Shown here: positions 33,502-47,341 of the stretch, piece by piece
Layout: each line of letters starts with the position of its first letter
Position numbering within the stretch: the first letter of the stretch is position 1
Assembly (NCBI GenBank): GCA_043228905.1
Contig: JBHGNT010000016.1
Coordinates: 10,850,001-10,914,000 of the forward strand
DNA length: 64,000 nt
Source: Azolla caroliniana
Lineage: Eukaryota; Plantae; Polypodiophyta
Direction of reading: 5' to 3'
Notes under the pieces: model-generated
The model's input: only the letters and a program-made list of their open reading frames with translations
Told to the model about the DNA's origin: nothing
The model's database searches: none
Position numbers and translations under genes: made by a program

Positions 33502-36500
33502 GCACGCTTTTGCAAGTGCTTTCACGCTTGGACTATGTCCTTGTTCGATTTTCCCGTTTGCTTTTGGGTTGTATGCCATGGTTAATGTCAACTGTACTCC
33601 ATGTTTAGCGAAGAATATCCTAGCTTTATCAGAGTCAAGTTCTCCCCGATCCGCAATCACTTGTCCTGCGCACCCATACCTACAGAACACTTCTTTCAGG
33701 AGAAATTGGAATACTTCAGAACATGCTTTTCTCCGTAGCGCCTGACCTTCTGCTTGGTTCATCAGATCCTCCCGAGCTAGCACCAAGTACTTCTTTTGCC
33801 CGATCCCGGTTGGCATGGCCACGATGTCGACCATCCATTTAAAGTTGATTGTCGGTGAGAATGTCGGATGTAAATTGTCTGGTGTTGAACTCCAGAGTAG
33901 ATTTGACATTTCTCGCAGCTTTCGGTGAACTCCGCTACATCCTTGTACATGTTCTTCCACCAATATTTTTTCTTGATCTTTGCAAATTTTGCCTATGTTC
34001 CCCGATGTCCAGCCCAATTGGATTCATGAAATTCGGATATTGCTTGTTTCTGTTGTTCCTTTGTGCTAACTACCCGGAGTGGTATACCATCCAGTCTTTT
34101 CAGCTCCCTCCAAATTAATCCATTGTTGAAGAAGAATTTCAGGACTTGCCGCTTCGTCATTCGGATCTCGGTTCTCTTTTCTTTATTTTCTGATGATTCC
34201 TCGATTTCTTGTAGCACTTTCCCGATCAGTAAGCTTTCTCCCTCGTATTCGTCTTCTCGGAACTCCCGAATCACGTTCACCCGACATATGTACTCCGAAG
34301 CAAAGTAGCTTTCGGAAACTTCTTCTATATCCGATTGGACTATGTCATCTTCGAACCGGGCCCTTGATAACATATCTGTTACCGTGTTGTGTTTTTCTCG
34401 AGATGTGTCGAACCTCCAAATTAAGTGACTTACTTATATTATGCAATCCATCTTAGCATAGCCACATCCGGTACCGTGCAACATCGCATCATCCCGAGTA
34501 TCGAAAGACAATCCATTTCGATCACTACTTTGGCTCCTATCAAATAATCTCGATCTGATTTTATTGCCGACACGACTCCCCATAATTCTCTTTTAACTTG
34601 TGCATATCCATGTTGCCTTTCGTTAAGAATCTTTGATCCAAATCGAATCGGGTATCGTGAACCATCCGAGTCGACTTGGTTGATGACCCATCTGATCCCG
34701 GTTGGACTTGTATCAACTGTCACTATGATCAGTCGGTCATAGTTCGGCTTCTTAAGTGCTTCTGCCCTCCATAGTGTTTTCTTGAGCTTCTTCATGGCTT
34801 TGGTATGTTCCGGTCTCCATTCGAACTTCTTACCCTTCCGCAACAAGTGATAGAGTGGGTTTGCAATGTGTGCATAGTGCGGACTCCATATGTGATAAAA
34901 TGCACATGTACCAAGAAATCTACGGACTTCGGATTGTGACTCACATATTTCTTTCATAGCTTCAATTGCATCGAACTTGAATGGTGAAGGTCTTCGGCCG
35001 TAGGGGCCACATAGATGTCCGACTACAAATATCTCTTCTTGTCTGAATGTTGATTTCTCTCCGGAGAGTCTTAAGTGCACATCTTCTAACTTCTGTAGCA
35101 CTTTCTCACAATCGTGAATATGGTTGACTACGAACTTACAACATCCCCGATCATACATATTCTGATCCTTTTTTTCCACTGCACATCGTTTCATTGGAAT
35201 GTCATCTATGAATGACATTGTTACTCCGGGATGCACTCTCGGAGCACCTTGTTCATCGCATTCATCATATGTGCGACTGAGTTTGTCGCTCCTTGTGGTA
35301 GCCTACACATCCGAACTAATCCTATCAGTGTCCGCATTGTAGTGATATCTTGACTCTCCACGGCTTGTTGGAATTGGTCATACCCGGAGTTACAGGTCTC
35401 CGATGGAGTATATCGCGCATCCGGCAAATGCGTCCGCAAATTCATCCACTATCGGACCAACTCCAGAGTTCTGAATCGTGACCTTGTTCACCGGGTGCAA
35501 ATCTTGAATGAACCGGAGTGACCCATTCTTCGTCGGAACCATAAACCATCAATTTGAGTACAGAGCATTTGATGGCTCTAGAATCCCCATCGCCACCTTC
35601 TCCTTGAGCAAGTCAATGATTTTTGGAATATACTCCCGTGGCACCAGAATTGGCTTTAGGTTCCACGGCACATGTTCAATCATGAAGATCACCATCGGCT
35701 CCACTATTTTCAATTCGACACACCCTATCTCTCTTGATGCTTTTCCATGTTGCTCCAACATCTCACGGAATCTTTCTTCTTCCTTCGATAAGAGGAATAG
35801 CTCCACTAATCTGGAGTTTGTTTTGAGTCTCATTCATGAAGATATGTCCGATATCCACTGACTTTCGAAGTGTTGGATCTCCCGATACTTCTTTCCTCTT
35901 TTGTTCACTATTGGCAGGTAATGGTCCCGCAATTGGTGTCACCTTCTTTTCTACGGTCTTGTATTTCGTACATATCATTGCTTCTTCTTTGCGAAGCACA
36001 TCTGGCCCCATTTTCACAATGATCTCGTACATCTCGACCGATTCCATTGGAACTACCCGATCTTCTTGGCTATTCTCTTCCGCAAGATCTTGAAGTCATT
36101 GTAGTGTGCTCCCATAGAACACTTCTTCCACTACTCCCATGATTTCTTCATCCTCTTTTATGATTGATGTAGACCGTAGCTCATCCTGCATCTTCCGGAG
36201 TTCTTTCTTCATTTCTCTGGTCACAGCCATGTACGTAGATGCCCCATCTGGACTGATTCGCACTTGTTTCGCTCCGAGAGTTTTCTTCCTGTGTGGGGTA
36301 TCAGGGCTTCTCAGACTATCACTTCCCCACTGCATAAGAGTTCACTTTAAAAATCCATTTTTGTTTGGGACAAGAGCTCTCTCTTGTTTCTTTCGTGATT
36401 CGATGGCACAATTAGGAATTTGACGGTTTTCCCTCCGCTTTGGCTCCGAATTCATGCAAAAACCGCTCCGCTATTGAGCACCTTTGTTTCCATCCGTGAA

Positions 36501-38346
36501 GCCGTGATAAAGGGTTTCCCGAAGATCACAGAATGTGAGACCTCATCTTGCATGAAGAAATTTTGGTCAATCTCCACATCTCCAATCTTCACCGTCAAAT
36601 CCGGACAAGCCGCAAATAGGTCTTCTGTTGCTTTAGTGGTTGCTCGGCTGCTCGGATCTTCCATCCATGATTGGTGTTAATAGGCCACTTCCCCTTCTGG
36701 TAGAACTCCTTGGACATCAGATTGATCTCCGATCCATGATCAATCAATGCAACTACGGGCTCTTTGATGTTTCCAATTCGGACGAGAGACTCTGTAGTTG
36801 CTCTTGCCCAGTGTGACTTTGTGTAGTGAGAGTTTGGAATCTCATCCTCCACTTCCGTGTTGTTAATTACAGTATTCTCATTCACCCTCAAAGCATTCGA
36901 TTCTTCCGTAGCTTGTCTCTTTCTCTTCACGAGGTCCACGAGGAGGTCATGGAACTCTTTCTTTGTTATTTCAAGCAATTCTCGGAGAGAAAATTCAACT
37001 CCACTATCAAGGATTCTCTCTTCGAACACCTTTATATTCGTCTGTTGTTCAATATCCGATGCGAGTTTGAATGCCGAAATCGTTTTCCCTTTTCCTTTTC
37101 CTTCTGAATTCCAGCTCTCCAGTGTCTTCAATGGTTCAGCTGCATCATCTATGCGCCGTCATTTCTCATCTACATACAGCTCATGTAATTGGCATAGGGC
37201 AATCGCTATTCTTGTCTATGGGGCACTCCCATCCCGTAGCTTCTCGGATGCCTCTTGTGGTGCTTCGGATCTCATCAGAGTCAGTTGTCTCAGAGATTTC
37301 TAACACTTCCGGCTCGAAAGACGACTTCGCTCTAGAGACACCCCACATGTATTCCCGCGGTTGTCGTATAGTTGCTTTTTGCTACAATCTCCTACTCTAG
37401 AAACTTCTTCATTCCACCCTTTCTGAAGTTCGGTCGAAGTGGCTTCCAAGACTCCATCGAATGGATCCGATTTCCCTCGTAGTAGATGAGATCCCGTCAT
37501 AGAGCTTCGTGCTCATCGCAATCATTCTGATCATGTTCGGTGCTATTGCACCATATGCATCGATGGTCCATATACTTGGAACTCGTTGGGCGGTCTTCCG
37601 ATTTCTTCACCATGGCAATCTTGAGATTTTCCATCTCTTTCAACAATTGTTCCACCATGGTCACATCGATTCCCTTTTCGGTCGTAGTCTCCAGAGGTCG
37701 TGGTTGGTAATCTTGGTCTCGAGATTGGTTCCAAAATTCTCTTTTTTTCATTACCGAGCCATTGCCCCCTCTTTGTGTATCGCATGACGATGTCCCACAC
37801 ATTTTCCCATATATTGGTGAGGCCACTCTCAGTAGTCGTATCCTCTAGAAGCACTCTAAGATCTTTCCGGTCCTGGACGTCCACGGGTCGTAAGAACATG
37901 ATCACTTTGTTTGATGCGAGGATAGCTTGATCTCTCACAGACAACCTCCCGAATCGACTTTCGAATGCCGAAAACACATCAAGGATCTTCAGCCCCTTGT
38001 CCGGTGTTTCCACCCAATCTTTGAATCCTCTCCGCGTTGCCTTGGAGGAGTCCTCGATTGCGAACATGGTCTTCAACGTTTCTTCAAACACCATCCATGT
38101 CGGATTTTGTTGTCATATCCTGTGGATACTCCCTTGAAGCCCATCAGTAGACACTCGATTGAAGGATGTCACTTGCAATCCTTCCGGTATTCTGCACTGT
38201 AGCATGTCCACCTTATAGTCCCGCAAATAACGTGACACATCCTTCCAGTTGAATTGCCCGTTCCGTTGCACTAGCCGCTCCACTGCCGACGCAATCTTTG
38301 ACATCACGAGTTGTTCTTGTAGCATCCGCTCGAACATCGTCATCAT
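33502..38346 (-). pseudogene. Decayed gag-PR / RT-RH-INT of element X
   Basis: Fragments homologous to Y: GQFNWKDVSRYL, CIWCNSTEHDQNDC, ALIDHGSEINLM, HVPWNLKPI, VDTSPTGI, FKWMVDIVAMP. Confidence 0.9.
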
Positions 38347-38410
38347 GTTGTAGCCTCTTGTTGATTCTCCATCTCCTTGCCACCCATTTTCACATTGGGT
38401 TCACCAAATT

Positions 38411-38864
38411 TGTCGTGCCTTTCGGCGCGGGATCGTTGCAGCAACCCTTCACAATTTGCTCCCCCATCCTTATATAATGATGGGAGAGTCTAAGTTGACC
38501 ACATGCAAGCATGATGCCTTTTCTAAATCTAGTGTATATGCACACTACATGTCCATCCTTAAATTTTCCCATCATGCTTTTTCTTTAACTCAAGTGTTCA
38601 TGCACACTACATTTGCATGGTTAGCTTTTCTATCACAGTTTTTCATTTAAGTCGAATGTGTATGCATGAAAAACTTTTTCTATTGTGCTTATCTAGAATA
38701 TTAACATGTGATAAAGTTTAGTTTAACTTTAATACTTATAATATGCTAGTACAATGGTAAGGCTTGAAATTGTTAATAGGGATGTACAAGGTTCAAAACT
38801 TGCCCTATGCATGTAGCATAATTATTTTACTATTTTCTCCTATTACTTAGTCAATCGAGTACTC
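38411..38864 (-). repeat. 5' LTR of X (internal ~250-bp deletion, outer end deleted)
   Basis: Matches 8009-8040, ~8290-8590 and 14249-14372. Confidence 0.82.
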
Positions 38865-39138
38865 TATCGAATTTCATAGGAAGGTCGATCTTGGGTTCTT
38901 TATGAATCCCTTGCATACTTGGTCCTTGTTGTTGCAATGCTACAATGGTTGCTTCAAGTTATTGCATGCGTAACGCTAGTTGCCCATGTTGTTGTTGCGT
39001 TTGCTGCTTTTCTAAGGAGATTTGTTGAAGATCCCCCAACAGTCGTTGATTTTCTTCTTCTAACGCGAGAAACTTCTATTTCAAGCATTGCAACTCTAAG
39101 AAAACGGATTGATATTCTTGAGCGCTAACAATTGCCAT
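38865..39138 (-). pseudogene. N-terminal half of the split Tcn1-like gag
   Basis: ATG 39138: MAIVSAQEYQ...GIHKEPKIDLPMKFD, which joins TRS*FRGF at 8008 to restore the motif EPKIxLPxKFDGTRSxFRGF (compare the unsplit homologue EPNVTLPEKIDGTRSRLRGF at 42132-42686). Confidence 0.82.
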
Positions 39139-39198
39139 AGTATCAGAGAAAGGAGGGATAAGTAAGAAGATAAAAGGAAGGACCAAATTGTTTCAAAC

Positions 39199-39612
39199 TG
39201 TTAGGAATAGTACTAAGACAGAGAGGGAATTAGTACTAAATGATGAGGATTAGTATTAAGAGGGGTGTAGAACTCTCAAGAGAAGGAGAGAGAGAGAGAG
39301 GGAGAGAGAGAGAATGATGATACAAAATATATATATTATATGAAGAGAATATATAGGAATAGCTAGGAGGCTTAAGACTGGCCTTGAACCGATTTGGTTT
39401 TATAGTGGCTTAGGAATACTCTTGACATTTCTAAAATGTTCCACAAAAATCTAGAATATACATGGATTTCCTAAGTGAAATAATAAATGGAAATAATATT
39501 TTCTGTATTACAATGTATAGCTTAATGCTTAATGGTAAGGCTTCAACCCATGTGACAGAAGATCATGGGTTCAAATCTGGCTTTTGAAGTCATACCATGC
39601 TATATCATGACT
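39199..39612 (-). repeat. Putative 5' LTR of the split Tcn1-like element
   Basis: Lies just upstream of the gag ATG. TG at 39199 and TCATGAC(T) at ~39612. No second copy in the window. Confidence 0.4.
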
Positions 39613-40797
39613 ACATATGTGCATGTGCCGAATGAGAAGCAGAGAAAGCTAGATCTGAAGTCAGAGAAGTGCATCCTTGTCGACTACTCACATGAGCAAA
39701 AGGGTTCGATGGCCATCTACATCCAAAGCCGAATCAGGGATAAGGTGTCAGTACACAAGCCGTATTTCGGGCGGAAGCCGAATTTAAGGCACCTTAAGAT
39801 ATTCGGTAGCATTGCATATGTGCATGTGCCGGATGAGAAGCGAAGAAACTTGGATCCGAAGTCAAAGAAGTGCATCCTTGTCGGCTACTCACATGAGCAA
39901 AAGGGTTATAAGTGCTATAACCCCTGAACAAAACAAGTTTGAGTGAGCCGAGATGTCGAATTTGATGAGTCGGCATCATGGTATGCTCTCCCGACTCTGA
40001 TGTCCGACTCTGACTCAATTTTGGAGGATGAGGCCAATGAGCCCGAAACGATCCAGGCAGAAGATGAAAAAGGATTCGGTACTCTAGATGAGAGTCTGAT
40101 CTCATTCCGGTTAAGTGGGCCACATGAGCGATTGAGTCGGAATGACTAGTCTAATGAAGAGTCGGCGAGTAGAGACTCGGTCGTGCTCTCCCCGCGCAAA
40201 GAGAAGGGGAAGAAGAAGATGATGGAATAAGACATCGGTAGAGACGAGTCGGATCGGAGCGAATCTGACTCCGGAAAGAACCAAGGCAGACCTTCGGGGA
40301 CTCCGAAAAGAACGAAGACGGACCTTCGGGAATGAAGTCCGAACCAGCCAAGAGGGCCTTAAAATCGGCAAACACAAAGTTATGTTGATCCACCAGCCAG
40401 AAAAACCCTGTGAAAAGGTATAGGTATAATGAGTATATGGCGCATGATTATGTGTAGATGGTGAAGGTGGCAGCCATGCGTGAGCCGGAGAGCTACACAG
40501 AAGCGGCTAAGGATCTGAACTGATAGAAGGTCATGGAGGAAGAGATGCACACGCTCACAGAGAATGAGACGTGGGACTTGGTGGATGTATCGACAGGAGT
40601 GAAGCCAATCGGTTGTCGGTGGGTATACAAGGTTAAATACAACACCGACGGCTCCATCAACGGGTACAAGGCCCGGTTAGTGACAAAGGGCTACACGTAG
40701 CAGCACGACATTGACTACGATGAGACGTTCGCTCCGGTTGCAAAGATGACGATCGTCCGTGTCTTGCTTGCAGTGGCAGTGGCGAAGGGGTGGCATG
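39613..40797 (+). pseudogene. Copia fragment (INT C-terminus to RT start), same family as 8591-14243
   Basis: FGSIAYVHVPDEKRRNLD, SFRLSGPHERL, PIGCRWVYKVKYNTDGS, DYDETFAPVAKM. Confidence 0.85.
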
Positions 40798-41690
40798 GTA
40801 TAGATCCGGTTTCTTCCCATAGAAATTTTCGCAAGGGTAACATCGTGTATGTGCCAGTTCTTGCGTTCGGCTACTTCGTTCTATTGAGGTGTGTGTCGGC
40901 AGGTAAACTCCCGTCGGATTCCTTCTTGTTGAAGGTATGTTGTAAAGGCGTTGGAGAAGTACTCTTTGCCGATGTCCGATCGAAGGCATCGAGCATGCTG
41001 ACCGGTTTCCTTTTCTACTTCGTTTTTGAATTTATGGAAGTGTCTGAACACTTCTCTCTTGCGCCGCATTGGATAAATCCAAGTATGTTCTGAGAAGTCT
41101 TCGATGAACGTTACATAGTACCGGCAACCACCAAATGTTGCCCTTTGGGTTGGTCCCCATACATCTGAATTTATTACATTCAGGATCCATTTGCTTATGT
41201 TCCTCTCTTTTGGGAACGGTTGTCCGTGTTGTCTACCGAATTGGCAACCTTCGCACACGCACGCAATTTCCTTTCTGGCGAAGGTCGGGAGTCCGATGAC
41301 AAATCCTTTTGACTGCATTTCCTTGAGCTTTTGGAGATGGATGTGGCCTATCCTCTTGTGCCATAGTTCTATGTCGGCGTTGCCTCTCTGTCCCTTGGCA
41401 TACATTGTCGAGTTCATCTCGTGGGAGTCGAGGATGAACATCTGACCTTCTCTCCGACTGCGAGCGATAAGTCAGCCTTCTTTTTCGATGAAGAATCCTC
41501 TATCATTGAAGCGGACTTGCATGCCTTGTTCAACTATTTGGCCAACTGAGACCAAGTTCTTTGTTATTGTAGGAACATGTAGAACGTTCCTGATGTAGGT
41601 TTGGTTGTCTTCTTCCCCAAATGGGACATTGCTGACATGTTGAATGGGGTGAATTGTGTCATCCCCAGTTTCCACATAGTTGGGTCGTTC
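40798..41690 (-). pseudogene. Copia fragment (PR end, GAG-pre-integrase, INT)
   Basis: VLHVPTITKNLVSVGQ, LWHKRIGH, CEGCQFGRQH, NSDVWGP, CLRSDIGKEY. Confidence 0.85.
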
Positions 41691-44600
41691 TGTCATGAAC
41701 ATCGACTCGAATGTGAACATTAGGCCCTTGTATATATATATTTCTCCTAGACAAAATTTAGACTTCAAACCTTTGTATAAAGAGTGGTATGTAAGACTCA
41801 ATATGTAAGACCCAATATGTAAGACCCAATATGTAAGACTCAGTATGTAAGACTTGGCATGCAAGAATTAGTATGCTTGATATTATAGTATGTAAGACTT
41901 GGCATGAGCATGCTTATCATGCATCACTACATGTATAAAAAGGGTTTATCTCCCTTGTTAACATCAAGGAGATCAACACCAGTCATGGAATAGATATATT
42001 TACTCATTGTCATCAACTTCTCGATCTCCCTATCTCATCAACTTCCCAATCTCTTTATCTCCAATTGTTCATCCGTGACAGATTGATCTCCTTCCTTCTT
42101 TCCTTCTTTTCTTCTTTCTCAATACACTATCATGTCAAAATCATCTAGTAATCTTGAGCAAATTTTGGCGGTCGTGCAACAACTCCAACATGAGAATGCG
42201 AACTTGCGAAACTTTGTTCAAGAACTTCAGGCAACCACAACGGGTATACCTCACCCGATTGTTGACCCTTATGTTGTAGAACCCAATGTCACCTTGCCAG
42301 AAAAAATCGATGGAACAAGGTCACGGCTAAGAGGTTTCATCAACCAAAATCGCCTTATTATTCGTCTTCAGCCCCAATGCTATTCTGATGACTTTCGACA
42401 AGTTCGGCTCATCGGCACGTTGTTGACAGGACAAGCACAAGCTTGGTTTGCCCCTCTAGTGGAGACCTCTTTGCCTCTCTTGAATGACTTCCAAGCATTT
42501 CTTACCGAATTTGAGGCAACTTTTGGGGAGACCGACAAACGACAAGCCGCACTCAACAAACTATATGTGTTACAACAAGGAGATCGTGCAGCATCAATCT
42601 ATGCATCCGAATTTCGTCAGGTCGTGTGCGATGTCGAGTGGGACGGACAAGCCCTTCTCGATCAATTCTGTTGTGCGATGCGATAACTGTCTCTTTCAGT
42701 TCCGGCAAGAGGAACGTCCTCACCGGATCCATCCACCTTGGCTAGCCACTACGCGAAGTCACCTACCATGGTTGACGACCCCACCTCCCATGTCATCCTC
42801 CACTTCATCTTCAACTCCTGCCACAGATTCTAGCTCGCCAATGGAGATCGATCAAATTCGCTACCGACCATTGACTAACGTGCAACGACAACATTGACGG
42901 GCCAACAATTTATGTCTCTATTGTGGCGGCCCTAACCATTTGATCTGCTCCTGCCCAAAAAAGGGACCCCGTCAAACACCACATCGTGTGGATGGGGTTG
43001 ACATTTTCTACCAACAGGAAAACTCCAATGTCGAGTTGCAGCAGGGGATGTGCATCTGGACCACAAGAGTTGACAATTATGTCAAGGGCCCAATCAACCG
43101 ACTTCCTCGACAACAAGCTTCACGCTTCCGATCACTCTTCAATTTGGCTCTACAACTCTGAAGACAAAAGCTTTGTTGGATTTTGGAGCTACATCATGCT
43201 TTATTGACACCATGTTTTCACGGAAACACAACATTCCAAGCAACAAAATAATCGTCCCGATTCCAGTTGAAGTGATCGATGGTCAAACGCTCTCTTCTAG
43301 TGCCATCACAAATACAACAATTCCCTTGGGTTTCCACATAGGAGCCCACCAGGAAGAAATCACTTTTAACCTCATCACATCACCTCGACATCCTATCATC
43401 TTGGGGTTATCATGGCTCGAGACTCACAATCCAGTCGTGGATTGGCGATCTCGCTCCATCAACTTCACCTCGAATTTTCATTCACAAGTGATTACGTCCA
43501 CCCTTCTTCAAGCCAATGCTCCGCCATTTTTTTGGCCGCCTACTCTGGTGAGGACCGTCTCAACGGTTTCTCCCACTCATGTTTCGGGGACAACTCCCAT
43601 TTCTACTCCAGTGAGAACCACATCAATGGTTGATCCGATTCCAGTTTCTGCTCTAGTGAGGACCACGTCAATTGTTACGGGCATAACCATATAATATCCC
43701 GTGGTGAGAATTTACCTTAGTATTCTATACACGTGGATAAGTGTGAGGGTTAAACGAGAGTGTAAAGAAGGGGAGGATTACTTTTAATCCTCGGGATTGA
43801 GACAACCCATGAGGTCAAGTGTGAACTTGCCTGGGGGCCTTGGGTATCGCTATAAATAAGAGGCCTAGCTACCCTCATTTGATCATCTTTTGACTACATC
43901 GAGACTCTGCTCTTGTGGTGGGTCAACTCTTGTAGCGAGCGCGTCAGCACCAGGTACGACTCGACGCCACGGCGGTGGTATGGGACGCCGATCGAGGCTC
44001 GAGTCCGTCTCAATCCCTTCGCTCGGGGGTGGTCGGGTGGATCGGCACCCTTCTTTCTCTTTCTCCTTTCTATCTATCATTAGTTTATCCTTATTTTAAG
44101 CTTACTTTAGTACGTAGATCTCTAATATCAACGGTTGCTCCCACTCATGTTTCTGCTCCGGTGATGACTAGGTTATCAGTCGCTCCCATTTCCTCTTCAG
44201 TGAGAACCATGTCAACGGTTGCTCCAATAGAAACAACATCGATAGTTAGTTCCGTATCAGCCTTGGAAATAGTTCAAACTCTTGCTCGGGTAAGTGACAC
44301 AGTGTTGATTGCATCCATTTCTAATTCTAAGGACATGGCGGTCATGTCCACTCCAGATACTACTCTATGTACTAGCTCTTTCCCATCAAAATATAATGAT
44401 TTCTCTGATGTATTTGAGAAGAAAAATGAGATCGTTGCCTGAACATCACCCATACCATTGTCCAATTGACTTGAAACATGGTGCTTGTCCTCCATTTGGC
44501 CCTATCTATGGGTTATCTGAACCTGAACTCAAGACCCTCAAAATATACATTGAAGAGAATCTCGCAAAGGGATTCATTCACCACTCAAAATCTCCAGCTA

Positions 44601-45252
44601 GCTCTCCTATTCTATTTGTCAAAAAGAAAGATGGAACGTTACGCCTATGTATATCGACTATTGCAGGCTCAATCGAGTCACGGTTCGAAACCGCTATCCA
44701 CTACCTCTAATCCCCGAACTCCTCAACTGATTTTGTGTTGGGTGTATATTCTCCAAAATCGATCTTAGAGGCACCTACACCTTGGTGCGTATCAAGCCTG
44801 GAGATGAGTAGAAAACGGCATTTCGAACTAGGTATGGGCATTTTGAATACATTGTAATGCCATTTGGTCTCACAAATGCTCCTGCCATTTTCCAGCATAT
44901 GATGAATGACATCTTCCGAGAATATCTAGACCAATTTGTGGTCATCTATCTCGACAACATACTTATCTTCTCCCAGGACTACATAGAGCACACCAAGCAC
45001 GTTCGACTTATCTTGTCCAAACTTTGGGAACATGGACTTTATGCGAAACCCGAGAAGTGTGATTTTGATTGAACCTTAGTTGAATTCCTCGGGTATGTCA
45101 TTTCATCTGATGGTCTCACTATGGACGAGAAGAAAGTTGGAACGGTTCAAGAGTGGGAAGTCCCCATCAAGATCAAGGATGTGCAATCATTTTTGGGTTT
45201 TGCCAACTTCTATCGTCGATTCATTCAAGGATTCTCTACATTTGCGCAACCA
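41691..45252 (+). mobile_element. Tcn1-like chromovirus, 3'-truncated and decayed
   Basis: LTR 41691-42080 (TGTCA...TGACA, internal 14-bp tandem TATGTAAGACYCAA). gag from 42132, CLYCGGPNHLICSCP, PR LLDFGATSCFID, RT ([25 protein letters not shown]), [15 protein letters not shown]. Confidence 0.87.
43673..44127 (+). repeat. Solo LTR inserted in the Tcn1-like pol spacer
   Basis: TGTTA...TAATA (decayed CA end), TSD TCAAT/TCAAC, CTATAAATAG at ~43850. Removing it restores the repeat GACCACGTCAACGGTTGCTCCC. Confidence 0.72.
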
Positions 45253-47255
45253 CTTAGATGTGCTTTGGTCACTTGGAGGCTCTTGTGGTCCACTCAACCT
45301 GGTTGAGATTGGACTTCCCTTTGATGTTAGCCTCAGTCGATCATCCTCCTCTACATCTATATCGAACTTGGTTTCGACTATGTCGGATGGGGCTGATTCG
45401 ACTGTAATACCAGGATGCCAACTCGTCGAATACGACATCCCTACTCGCTCGTGCCTTCTTGGTGGAAGATTTGAAGCACTTATACCCTTTTTCCGCAAGT
45501 GAGTACCCTACGAGTATACATTTCTCAGACTTGGGATTGAGCTTCTGTCGCTTCTCGTTGAGAATATCTACATATGTTATTGAACCGAATATCCTTACGT
45601 GGGATAGATCCAATTTCTTCCCATAGAACTTTTCACAGGGGGTAACATTGTGCACTCTTGATGTTATGCAATGATTCATCAGATAGATGGCCGTATTCGC
45701 CGCTTTAGCCCACTATGATTTTGGCAGTTGTTTCTCATTCATCATTTCCCTTGCCACCTCGAGTATGTGTTGGTTCTTGCATTCGGCTACTCCGTTCTGT
45801 TGAGGTATGTGTCGGCAAGTAAACTCCCACCGGATTCCTTCTTGTCGAAGGTATGTGGTAAAGGCGTCGAATAAGTACTCTTTGCCGCCTTCCGATTAAA
45901 GGCATCGTACATGACGATTGGTTGCCTTTTCGACTTCGTTCTTGAATTTCTGAAAGTGTGAGAACATTTCCCTCTTCTAGCGCCACGACAACATTCGGTG
46001 GTTGTTAGTGTTGTTTGCCGAACTGACAAGCTTCTCACATGCCTATAATTTCCTTTTCGGTAAAGGTTGGGAGTTCGATGACGACTCCTTTCGACTGCAT
46101 TCCTTTGAGCTTTTGGAGGTTGATGTGGCCTATTTATTTGTGCCACAGCTCTATGTCAATGTCGGAGAGAAGGTCGGATGTTCATCCTCGATTCTCACGA
46201 CTCTTTGGCATACATTGCTGATTTCATCTCGTGAGAATCAAGGATGAACATCCGACCTTCTCTCTGACCGCGAGCAATAATTCGGCCTTCTTTTTTGATG
46301 AAGCATCCTCCATCGTTGAAGCAGACGTGCATGCCTTGTTCCACTATCTAGCCAAACTGAGACCAAGTTCTTTGTTATTGTAGGAACATGGAGAACATTC
46401 TTGATGTAGGTTTGGTTGCCTTCTTCCCCAAATGGGATATTGTCGACATGTTGAATGGGGTGAATTGTGGCATCCCCAATTTCTACATAGCCGGATCGTT
46501 CGGGCTTTCGTAGCTCTTTGAACCAATCCTTGTGGGATGTCATGTGGTTAGATGCACCCGAGTCAACAAACCAGTCATCTTCTAGTTTGGAGGTGCTTGT
46601 CGGACATGATCTCGTCATCGCATTCGCTGTGTCTCACATCATGAACATTCTGCCACGATCGTCATAGTCGGAGTTTGAGGCGTAGTTGATGAGTTGTTGG
46701 CTTGTGGAGGCCGACTCACTATCGACCGAATGGCTCCTAACCGACGTGTTATGCCTCCGAGGCAAATCTGCACCATTTCATCGTTGTCAACGCTAACATT
46801 GATCGACCCCCGAGGGCATGGCACAGCTCCTTGATCTCCAAGGTGTAGCTATTGATTGACATGTCCCTCTGTTGTATACCGTTCAACTCTTGACAGAGTT
46901 GAAGCTTTCTTGCGATTGTGTTGGCCGCGAAAATCTTTTCGAGGTTCCCCCACGCCTCCTTCGGCGTTTTGGTCTCTCGGATGTAGCCGAGCATGTGATC
47001 ATGAACGCATGATGCAAGGTAGTACAACACACAACTCACCGCTTGCTCCCAAGCTGGGTTCCCATATGAGTTTGGGACTTCTTCTTCTTCTTCTCTTTGA
47101 TATGAACTGTGCAGGTTGCTACTACAACGATCAGCCGGTTCTTTCTAAATTTGGGATTAGGCACAACACACGCAGAGGCGATGGACTTCGATCATGCTAC
47201 CACGCGCTCTAATACCATATTAAGAATCGGTAATGATTTTGTGTAGCGAAAGAAC

Positions 47256-47301
<46 letters not shown>

Positions 47302-47304
47302 GGT

Positions 47305-47341
<37 letters not shown>

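Larger units (their letters stand above)
8009..38864 (-). mobile_element. Gypsy element X, decayed, host of three further nested insertion levels
   Basis: Homologous LTRs at 8009-8590 + 14249-14411 and at 38411-38864. PBS TGGTGAACCCAATGTGAA at 38389-38406 (-). PPT GGAGGGGGTGAG at 14412-14423 (-). gag-PR-RT-RH-INT remnants are homologous to element Y. Confidence 0.85.
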
